Source of the DNA: Planctomycetota bacterium
Lineage (GTDB): Bacteria > Planctomycetota > UBA1135
NCBI GenBank assembly: GCA_045047305.1
Contig: JASFYO010000055.1
Location: forward strand, 1 to 27,003
DNA length: 27,003 nt
Direction: 5' to 3'
The position numbers and the translations under genes were made by a program. The notes under the pieces are model-generated. The model was not told where the DNA came from. It did not search any database and saw nothing but the letters and a program-made list of their open reading frames with translations. Below are positions 17,779 through 25,805 of this stretch, piece by piece; position 1 is the stretch's first letter; every line of letters starts with the position of its first letter.

Positions 17779-20700
17779 TTATTCCGTAGTGAAGGATATT
17801 TCTAGGTTTTGATTTGGGATTGCGGTTACGTAGATTGGGTCTTGGACGAGTTGGTATTCGAATATTTCAGGTCCACCCTGCCATTGATGGAATTCCACTC
17901 GGTAGTTGCCCGGTAGGAAGGATGGGATGTTGATTTGCCAGCTGGGTTTCGCTGGATCCAACCAGATGCCACGCTCCAAAGGCTCGGCTTGCGAAAATTC
18001 ACTTGCATCATCTAAGTTGTAAAAAAACGCTTGCATCTGTTGGCCAACCATGGCCTCGTTGTAAGGGATATCCACCGTCGCCGATGTCATCCTTGGAACC
18101 GAAACCACGTATTCCTCCATTCCGGCAGGAATAAGTACCTCTCCTTTTGCCCCACCCAGTTCCCACTTTAAGTGGAACGAAGATCTTGGGTTTTGGGCAA
18201 GCACATAGCCACCGTTGTCTTGCTCTGACCCGTCCATGTTCTGGCCTGGACTCTGGATCCAGCCGTCTAGGTAGTTTTTTCCTTCGGAATCCCGCAAGAA
18301 AACTGTGACTACGCGTTCTGGCTCCAGCACCAAGGTGAGTCCTTCTCCACTTTGGCTCGGTGCTAGATTCTCCAAGATTTGAGCGGCATAGCCTGCTTTG
18401 GAAACCCGCATATCAATCTCCGTTGCGTTTAACCCCCCAAGGTGGAATAGGCCATCTTGCTTGGTTAATGCCCGCCCCAGAGTTCCATCCGGACTCGGAA
18501 GGTTGACTTCCACATTCCCAAGCGGGTTCCCCGCTTGATCGGTAACCAATCCAGAAATCTGCAATGGCAATCGCTCGAAACGCAACTCTATTTCCTTCCA
18601 TTCGCCTTCCATCATGGTAATGGATTCTACGTTTGTGAATGCTTCCCCCTTCCGAGTAGAGAGTTTGAATTGAAGCGAGGTTTCCGTTTGTAGCCCCCAA
18701 AGCAGGACCTCGTTCTGATTGGCTTCCAAGGCAACAATTCGGTACTGCATTCCATTGCGAGTCCCCCCATGCCAATAGCTGCGTTTCGATTCCTCCCGCC
18801 TCAAATCTCCATTGAGAGAATTCAAACCAGAGTTTCCCTTCCAATAAACATCTTCTTCCGACTCAATCCACAAATAGACCTCTCCCAAATCCACCCCCTC
18901 CGGCAAATCCCATTTCACTCTCATCTTATTGGCGGGTTCCAGTTGAACTTCAAGGGTTTGCCCTGAGGATTCAGGGAGTTCCGCCGCCAAAGGCCTATAG
19001 CCAGAGGCTGCAACCAAGACTTGCGTGGTGTCGTCGGCAAGAAAAGCGGTGGTCTCGCCTGCATCGTTAGTGCGTTCTGCAATTTCATAAGTTTTCACCA
19101 AAGCACCCTTTAACGCTTGCCCGTTTTCATTGAGCACTCGAACGGATAGTTCTTTACGTTCCCCCACAGCAAATTCGCCAAGCTCCCATGGATTCTCACG
19201 GAGACCTAAATCCATTTTTGCGAACTCGACATCTGCCCATTCCCCGCATTGAACAAGGCTCACTTCGGCGGCGTACGGGCGGACAAGATTTGCGTCTTCG
19301 CTCCAAGCGATGCGCTCCTTTTCACTGCCCACCGAAACGGGCACTCGAAAGTAACCGTCTGCATCGGACACGCCGCCCAAACCAAACATAGATCCGGGTT
19401 CATCCCGCGCGGCCGTGAAGTAAGGCTGCACAATTACCCCAGCATCGGCCACGCCCTTGGTGCCATCGGGAGTCACCACACGTCCCGAAAAGTAAGGTAG
19501 CTCCATCACCTGAATCACAAGGCTTGTGGAAAGTCCCTTCAAGTGGACAAAGTCTCCCATCCCTCCAACTTCTCCTTCGCTAGACGCATAAGCAATAAAC
19601 CCGCGCGGGACTTTCAAACGCCCTTCCCAATTGCTTGGTAACCCACGCACGGTAAAACTTCCATCAGGCTGCAGAGGGATATAGACGCCAATCATGGAGG
19701 CCCCCCTTTCTTTCAGCTGTTCTTTCACCGATAGCGGCATCTCTTTCGGACTTTGTAGCGTCGGTGAAATATGCCATAGGACAAAATCCGTCCTATCGGC
19801 TTGAGCTCGTTGAAACTCAACGCGTCCAGACAAGGCAAAGCCCTCTTTTAATTCAATCCGGATCGGATCACCAACAAATTCCTCAACCCGATGCACCACG
19901 CGATAACCCGGAGCGAGCACTGCAATCCCGCCGCTGCCAACGCAAGCTTGTAAAGTTGCTTGCCCCGATGCATCGGTAGTTTTCTCTTCGCGCAACTCTT
20001 CTCCAACCCAAGGTACAAGGCGCACTTGAGGCACAGGCCGACCGGCAGCATCTACAACCGTAACTGCAACGGATCCTGCTTGTGATAGGCCGGAAGCAGG
20101 CTCTACCATTCTCGAAATTTGCTTCGTCCCAGGCTCCTTTTCGGCTGAAAGTATCGCAACCGGAAGTGACACAGTTGGAGCCGACGCGATTTCCGCAGGA
20201 GTCTTCACATCCTCCTTGCTCTCCCAAGGAGCTACGGCAAAAAGGGTAATCAGTGCCAGGGCAGCAAGGCTCCCCGCTATCTTTGTTTTCATAGTCATCG
20301 CTACTCCAAGAGTGATGGCACCGACGGGCGCCGTTTTGAGTGGAATGCCGAAGATCATGCACCGTTGCCGCCAATCGCCGCCAACGCTCGCAGTAAGTTC
20401 CTGGCGCATGAGCAAGAGGCCGCGTTGCAACCTCGCATGGACTGCTGATTCCGAAACCTGCATTTGCTCCGCGATTGCGCGCAAAGTGAGTTCCTCAAAG
20501 AATCGCAGATACAAGGTGGTCGCAAAGGGCTCCTCCAACGCAGACAAGGCAAGCGCAAGTTTGCGGAAGGTATCCATCCGCTCCACCAAGTGATCCGGCT
20601 GATGCGCAGCTTGCGCTTGCGTCTCCACATTCCACTGACTTTGCGCCACGAACTGCTCACGCCGCCGACGAGATTTTTGCTCCCGCCAATGCATACCCGC

Positions 20701-20904
20701 AACATTGCGCACCACCGAACCAAGCCATGCACGCGGGTTGGCACCATGCTTTGGCGGATGCTCCACTGCTGCTAACCAAGTCTTTTGCTCGAGGTCGTCA
20801 GCAGTAGCCCGGTCGGATACCAGACTTGCAGCCAAAGCGCGCACCCACCCACCATGCTCCAGAAGAGCTTCTAAGTTTGGCTTGGAGGATGAGGGATTCG
20901 TCAT
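17779..20904 (-). CDS. ECF sigma factor with a transmembrane helix and a large C-terminal extension of carboxypeptidase-regulatory/Ig-like domains
   Basis: Sigma2 (WVRALAASLV..ADDLEQKTW, RAWLGSVVRN), sigma4 HTH (LYLRFFEELTLRAIAEQM..SESAVHARLQRG), hydrophobic IAGSLAALALITLFAVAPW and repeated G.V.D..G.P...V / T...G.F modules. Confidence 0.88.
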   Translation of the reverse strand: MTNPSSSKPNLEALLEHGGWVRALAASLVSDRATADDLEQKTWLAAVEHPPKHGANPRAWLGSVVRNVAGMHWREQKSRRRREQFVAQSQWNVETQAQAAHQPDHLVERMDTFRKLALALSALEEPFATTLYLRFFEELTLRAIAEQMQVSESAVHARLQRGLLLMRQELTASVGGDWRQRCMIFGIPLKTAPVGAITLGVAMTMKTKIAGSLAALALITLFAVAPWESKEDVKTPAEIASAPTVSLPVAILSAEKEPGTKQISRMVEPASGLSQAGSVAVTVVDAAGRPVPQVRLVPWVGEELREEKTTDASGQATLQACVGSGGIAVLAPGYRVVHRVEEFVGDPIRIELKEGFALSGRVEFQRAQADRTDFVLWHISPTLQSPKEMPLSVKEQLKERGASMIGVYIPLQPDGSFTVRGLPSNWEGRLKVPRGFIAYASSEGEVGGMGDFVHLKGLSTSLVIQVMELPYFSGRVVTPDGTKGVADAGVIVQPYFTAARDEPGSMFGLGGVSDADGYFRVPVSVGSEKERIAWSEDANLVRPYAAEVSLVQCGEWADVEFAKMDLGLRENPWELGEFAVGERKELSVRVLNENGQALKGALVKTYEIAERTNDAGETTAFLADDTTQVLVAASGYRPLAAELPESSGQTLEVQLEPANKMRVKWDLPEGVDLGEVYLWIESEEDVYWKGNSGLNSLNGDLRREESKRSYWHGGTRNGMQYRIVALEANQNEVLLWGLQTETSLQFKLSTRKGEAFTNVESITMMEGEWKEIELRFERLPLQISGLVTDQAGNPLGNVEVNLPSPDGTLGRALTKQDGLFHLGGLNATEIDMRVSKAGYAAQILENLAPSQSGEGLTLVLEPERVVTVFLRDSEGKNYLDGWIQSPGQNMDGSEQDNGGYVLAQNPRSSFHLKWELGGAKGEVLIPAGMEEYVVSVPRMTSATVDIPYNEAMVGQQMQAFFYNLDDASEFSQAEPLERGIWLDPAKPSWQINIPSFLPGNYRVEFHQWQGGPEIFEYQLVQDPIYVTAIPNQNLEISFTTE

Positions 20905-21100
20905 GGTCTTCAGGGTGTCAATGCAACCGCACCAGCAATCTTCACACTTTTAGGATGATTTCCTGCTTGGCACACAGATTGCAAGTACCCCAGTAGCCGG
21001 CCGCACCCCTTGAATTTGACTCCTAAGAGCCATTTCATGTTACTGGAGCGGCTATTCCGTGCTTCATCGCACACTCTTTACACCCTACTCCCATCATCCC

Positions 21101-22804
21101 ATGACTCTTCGTTTCATCGCCCTAATTGCTCTGATGAGCCCTGTTCATGCCCAAACGGTTGGGGGTGGGTTCGAACTCCAATTTGAATTAAATGGAAGCT
21201 TTGCCGCGGAAACGGCAGGACTTGGTGGTGCCATTTCCAAAGTTGGCGATATCAACGGTGACGGGGTCAATGACATCATCGTTGGTGCCCCATTATCTTC
21301 ACCAGGAGGACTATTCCAGGCTGGCGCCGTAGTGGTTTATTCGGGTGCTGATGGAACGGTTCTGTATCATTTTATTGGCGCAGAGGCCTTCGATCACTTT
21401 GGCGGATCTGTCAGTGGACTCGGCGATATTAACCAAGACGGTTTCGATGAAATTCTTGTGGGCGCGAGTGATGCCAATCCTTCTGGATTGCTCCGAGCTG
21501 GTTCTTGCTATATATATTCTGGGCAAGATGGCTCTCTCCTCAGGCAATGGACTGGAGAAGGGGAATCCGATGCGTTTGGCAGCGCTGTCTCCCATGCTGG
21601 TGACTTAAATGCGGATGGCTACCCTGATATTTTGGTAGGTGCTCCTTCTGCCAATCCAAATGGAGTCGTAGACGCGGGCTCAGCTTATTGCTACTCAGGT
21701 CAGAATGGCGTTTTACTCTTTCAATGGAATGGCGCGGTCTCTCAAGACTTTCTGGGCAGCTCGGTTTCGTTTGCGGGCAACCTAAACGGAGACCTAATCC
21801 CGGATGTCCTGATTGGAGCCTATGGCGCAACCTCCCCCAACGTCTCATCTCCCGGTGGCGCATTCGCTTTTTCAGGTGCGAGTGGAGTTGAGATTTATCG
21901 TTGGTATGGCGAGGCCTACGCTGACCAAATGGGTTGGTCGGTTTCAGGTGGATATGATTTAAATAATGACGGCTTTGACGATTGCATTGTCGGAGCTCCA
22001 GGTGCAAACATTGGCTTCATTTACAACTTTGGATCAGTTTTTGTGTATTCAGGACAAGACGGCTCCCTCCTGTATCGATGGGACGGAGATAATGAAGGCG
22101 ATTTTTTGGGCGCTTCCGTTTCTGGCGTAAAAGATGTTAATGGTGATGGCATGGACGACATCATCATGGGTGCGCAGTCCGTAGGTAATATCCATAGATT
22201 TCATATTGGCTATGCCCATTTACGATCCGGCCGAAATGGAGCACTCATTCAAAAGTGGAAAGGCCTTACCTCAACTGATGCCTTTGGCCTTGTAGTTGCC
22301 GATGCAGGGGACCTCGATACTGATGGGTTTTCTGATATTGCAATCGCCTCTCCAGCATCTGTATGGTCTGGCCAGTTTGGGCCTGGCTCAGTCCGGCTCT
22401 ACACAATAAATCCTTATCTAAAAGCAAACACTGAAACGCTATCAGACTCATCGTCGGCACTCATCAGTCTGTCCCTTTCTTTCCCCAAAAGCGCAGCGTT
22501 TTATGACTATCAAATTCTCCTTTCAGCGGCCAACACGGGCCCGACATCGCTTGGAATCCAAATCCCTCTTGGCCTAGACAATCTATTTGTCAACTCTTAC
22601 TTTGGCAACTATCCGTTTCCACTCTCCTCCAACCTACGCGGCAGACTTAATGCAAACGGTGATGCAGGGGCCACTTTCGGGAAACTCGCAGGGACTCCAA
22701 CGGGAGCCGTCGGCCGCACCTTCTATCTAGCCGCCATCGCCAACCAACCGGGGCAGCTTCCGGAGTACAGTTCGGTAGCGGTGGCGATTGAGATTACGCC
22801 TTAA
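21101..22804 (+). CDS. Secreted FG-GAP (integrin-alpha-like) repeat protein
   Basis: Signal peptide MTLRFIALIALMSPVHA, then seven DxNxDG..D.+VGA repeats with FG.SV / G.VYVYSG elements and a C-terminal beta domain. Start moved to 21101. Confidence 0.92.
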   Translation: MTLRFIALIALMSPVHAQTVGGGFELQFELNGSFAAETAGLGGAISKVGDINGDGVNDIIVGAPLSSPGGLFQAGAVVVYSGADGTVLYHFIGAEAFDHFGGSVSGLGDINQDGFDEILVGASDANPSGLLRAGSCYIYSGQDGSLLRQWTGEGESDAFGSAVSHAGDLNADGYPDILVGAPSANPNGVVDAGSAYCYSGQNGVLLFQWNGAVSQDFLGSSVSFAGNLNGDLIPDVLIGAYGATSPNVSSPGGAFAFSGASGVEIYRWYGEAYADQMGWSVSGGYDLNNDGFDDCIVGAPGANIGFIYNFGSVFVYSGQDGSLLYRWDGDNEGDFLGASVSGVKDVNGDGMDDIIMGAQSVGNIHRFHIGYAHLRSGRNGALIQKWKGLTSTDAFGLVVADAGDLDTDGFSDIAIASPASVWSGQFGPGSVRLYTINPYLKANTETLSDSSSALISLSLSFPKSAAFYDYQILLSAANTGPTSLGIQIPLGLDNLFVNSYFGNYPFPLSSNLRGRLNANGDAGATFGKLAGTPTGAVGRTFYLAAIANQPGQLPEYSSVAVAIEITP

Positions 22805-25179
22805 GGCCGCTCAAACAACTTAGGATCGACCTCGACGCCCGTTTCAAAAGTATCCAAAGTCATCACGGTGCGGCCACTGAAGTTATCGCTGGAAGTGACA
22901 AGGTACGCCACGCGAATGCCATCGACCAGACGAAAGTCTTGATTGTAGACCACGGTTGGACTGGTGATGTTGAGGCTAGGCATGTAGAGCTTCATGCGAA
23001 AACGCAGGAGGTCTCCAGTTTCGACGTCAACAAAACCATCGATGATTGGAAGGTCTTTCGCTTTCAGCGCGACTGCATAGACCTCGCGACCATCGCGTTT
23101 TGACTTACCAGTCACGCTGACAGACTCCAATAGGCTCGACCAATCGCCAGGAGTCGTAAGGCTTTCCATGACCCGCGCCTGGAGTAAGTATTTGCCCTTC
23201 AACTCAGTGAATGGATTCAGGCTGGAATCCATCCAACCCTGCTCTGCGCTGTAGAACTGATGAATCCAGCCAAACTTACCGAAATCAGTATTGGTATAGC
23301 TTTTGCCGTGGCCGTCGGAGAAACGGGTTGCCCGCGCCTTGACCCCAGAGTGCACCATGTCGATCTCTCCTGTTGCACGGTAGGATCCAACCTCTAGTTT
23401 TCCCGCCGCCTTACGCAAAGCCAGGAGCTCGGCTTGAGTTGGATAAATCGGGGTTGCTTGCTCAGCAACACGTACGAAATCACCTTGCACCTCTCCGTTG
23501 CGGAGCATTTGCAAGGTTTCACCGCGGCCCTCTGCATCACGAGTAAAAGCGACTGCAAGGGAATCCTTCACCCGGAACACCCACTGATCTTTGTCATTCG
23601 GCAAGCGGAGTTCATAAAGCATTTCCCCCGGAACATCGACGGCTAAGCGGTGATGGAAAATCTTCACCTCGAAGGTGATGTCCCCCTTTTCTGAGTAGTA
23701 CTTCCCCAGTAACGGCTCCAAGATGGAGCGGTCCACTTCCGGAGCAATCACGATGCCCTCGCGCGGCAACTCAAAAGTCATGCCGGCTTGGTACATCTTG
23801 GCCCCTACGACGCCACCATTTTCATCGTGGTCAAATGAAATCGCGATTTGATCCGTGATGCTAAAATACCGTTTTCCGTCTTCATCTGGAGGTTCCAGCG
23901 CATAAAGGGTTTGGCCAGGAACGTTAATGGCAAGCTTGCCGGACTTCATTTTCACCTCGAAGACTTCTTGCTTAAACGCGCCAAAGTTCGCCAGATAGTT
24001 GCCGAGGTAGGGTTCGTAGGACTCACCATCCGCCGCATCCGATTCTTCAGGCCACTCGTTCAGCAAGGCGTCCGCCACTAAGGAAATCGAAAGTTGCTGC
24101 AGCGGAGTGGCGGTGACGTTGGTCAACAACACAAATCCCAAATCCGATTCTGGGAATAAGCCGACTTCCGCAGCGAAGCCGTCGATGTTACCGCCATGCT
24201 CCACCACCCGGCGCTCGCCCAGCTGATGCAACATCCAGCCCATGCCATAATCGACGCCAGGCTGCATATTCATTTGCTTGGTCCAAGTCATTTGATGCTG
24301 CTCTTCCGACAGCAATTCCTCGCCCGCAAAACTCCCATGACCTAATTGGAAACGGACCCACTGTGCCATATCTTCAACATTCGAATTGATACTCCCTGCA
24401 GGACCGATGATGTCGAGCGTGCGCATCGGGAGTTGCTTGAATTCTTGATCCATCTCCATCCACTGATAACCCAAGCTCATGTGTGCATCTTGCTTCGCAA
24501 CCGCGGTGAAACTGGTGGTGTTCTCCATACCAAGTGGATTCAAAATGCGCTGCTGCAACAACGCATCCCAAGTCATTCCTGCTGCCGCAGCCGCAGCTTC
24601 CCCCGCCGCAAGATAGGTCACATTGTTGTAGAAGAACTTCTTGCGAAAACCAGTCCATGGTTTGGCGCGCATCGCCGCACGCAAAACTTCTTCACGCGAC
24701 ACCGCATTGCCCGCCCATAAAACACCCATGCGGGTAAATCCCGTGCGGTGCGCTAAGACATCGCGCATGATGACCTGGGCATCGGCATCGTCACTATCGA
24801 TGGGCAAAACGAAATACGGCAGATAATCCGTAATCGGGGCATCCCAACTCATCTTGCCTTCGTCGACCAGCATGCCAACCAACGAGGCCGTGAACGCTTT
24901 GGTGGTGGAGCCAATCGCGAACAGGGTTTCTGGGGTCACCGGCTTGCCGTTCTCCAGGTCCGCCATGCCAAATCCGCGGCTATAAATCACTTGATCGCCC
25001 TGAACCACGGCTAGCGCCATACCTGGAATATGCCGCTCGATACGCTGCTCCTCCATGACTTCGGTCAGCTTTTCAAGCCTCTGCTCGATAGTTGGGCCGG
25101 GCTCTTGTGCCAGAGCTTGCGGCGCTGAAATCAAAGGAAAAAGGCCTAGAAGGCCGATAAAGCATATTTTTTGGAGCAT
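22801..25179 (-). CDS. Secreted serine hydrolase, beta-lactamase/S12 peptidase family, with C-terminal extensions
   Basis: F.IGSTTK (SxxK), FFYNN (YxN) and HGGNIDGF, with a signal peptide ending ALA. The start is uncertain (25179 or 25203). Confidence 0.9.
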   Translation of the reverse strand: MLQKICFIGLLGLFPLISAPQALAQEPGPTIEQRLEKLTEVMEEQRIERHIPGMALAVVQGDQVIYSRGFGMADLENGKPVTPETLFAIGSTTKAFTASLVGMLVDEGKMSWDAPITDYLPYFVLPIDSDDADAQVIMRDVLAHRTGFTRMGVLWAGNAVSREEVLRAAMRAKPWTGFRKKFFYNNVTYLAAGEAAAAAAGMTWDALLQQRILNPLGMENTTSFTAVAKQDAHMSLGYQWMEMDQEFKQLPMRTLDIIGPAGSINSNVEDMAQWVRFQLGHGSFAGEELLSEEQHQMTWTKQMNMQPGVDYGMGWMLHQLGERRVVEHGGNIDGFAAEVGLFPESDLGFVLLTNVTATPLQQLSISLVADALLNEWPEESDAADGESYEPYLGNYLANFGAFKQEVFEVKMKSGKLAINVPGQTLYALEPPDEDGKRYFSITDQIAISFDHDENGGVVGAKMYQAGMTFELPREGIVIAPEVDRSILEPLLGKYYSEKGDITFEVKIFHHRLAVDVPGEMLYELRLPNDKDQWVFRVKDSLAVAFTRDAEGRGETLQMLRNGEVQGDFVRVAEQATPIYPTQAELLALRKAAGKLEVGSYRATGEIDMVHSGVKARATRFSDGHGKSYTNTDFGKFGWIHQFYSAEQGWMDSSLNPFTELKGKYLLQARVMESLTTPGDWSSLLESVSVTGKSKRDGREVYAVALKAKDLPIIDGFVDVETGDLLRFRMKLYMPSLNITSPTVVYNQDFRLVDGIRVAYLVTSSDNFSGRTVMTLDTFETGVEVDPKLFERP

Positions 25180-25323
25180 AGCAGGCTGGGATTTCGGAGT
25201 CATGACCTTAGGTACGGGCAAGATAGCAAAGTGATATCACTTCTTTTCCCTTCCTCCACAATATATCAACCTTGCTCCGCCCCTGTCAGCACCTCTCTTG
25301 TTCCGTCAGCAAACGTCTAAGGA

Positions 25324-25683
25324 TTACACATGGCACAAATCCTTCTCTCGACTAGCAAAGCGTGTTTTTACCACCTTTTCGGCGAAGCTGTCCGCAGAAT
25401 CAGAGCACAGAGCAGCAGCAATGAACCCACGCTGGCTTTCGAGGCTCATCTCAAAGGGCAAGGCAACTCGATTCTGATACACAGCCCACAGAGACTCGCC
25501 AACAAATAGTGTGGCGCTCGCATCTCCCTTAAAAAGCCTTCGCCCAAGCAGGCCGTGCTTGGATACCTTCACTGTTGTGCCTGACCTCTCAAAATGAAAA
25601 AAGAGCGGCTCGCCATTGGCGAGAACAACTTTGGCCCAACCATTTGTTGTGGACTGGTTGGAAGAGCTGGTGAGATGTGACAT
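25324..25683 (-). CDS. Hypothetical protein (119 aa)
   Basis: ATG-initiated ORF that fills an otherwise empty gap, with plausible composition and no recognisable motif. Confidence 0.55.
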   Translation of the reverse strand: MSHLTSSSNQSTTNGWAKVVLANGEPLFFHFERSGTTVKVSKHGLLGRRLFKGDASATLFVGESLWAVYQNRVALPFEMSLESQRGFIAAALCSDSADSFAEKVVKTRFASREKDLCHV

Positions 25684-25731
25684 GGCGATTTCGGGATCAC
25701 GCCAAGGAACAAAGGCGCGAAATGTACCTCA

Positions 25732-25758
25732 ACATCGGTTTTCTGTTGATGGACTTAA
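25732..25758 (-). promoter_or_regulatory. Candidate sigma28-like promoter for the 119-aa gene
   Basis: Minus strand TTAAG-N14-ACCGATGT. Confidence 0.3.
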
Positions 25759-25805
25759 GGCATTCTTGTGAAAACTAAGCGCACCGGCACCACTATCCTT
25801 GCATA

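Noticed and set aside
22801..25179. Antibiotic-resistance beta-lactamase
   Set aside because: The SxxK/YxN/HGG motifs plus long extensions fit the broad S12 serine hydrolase family, and nothing specific supports resistance.
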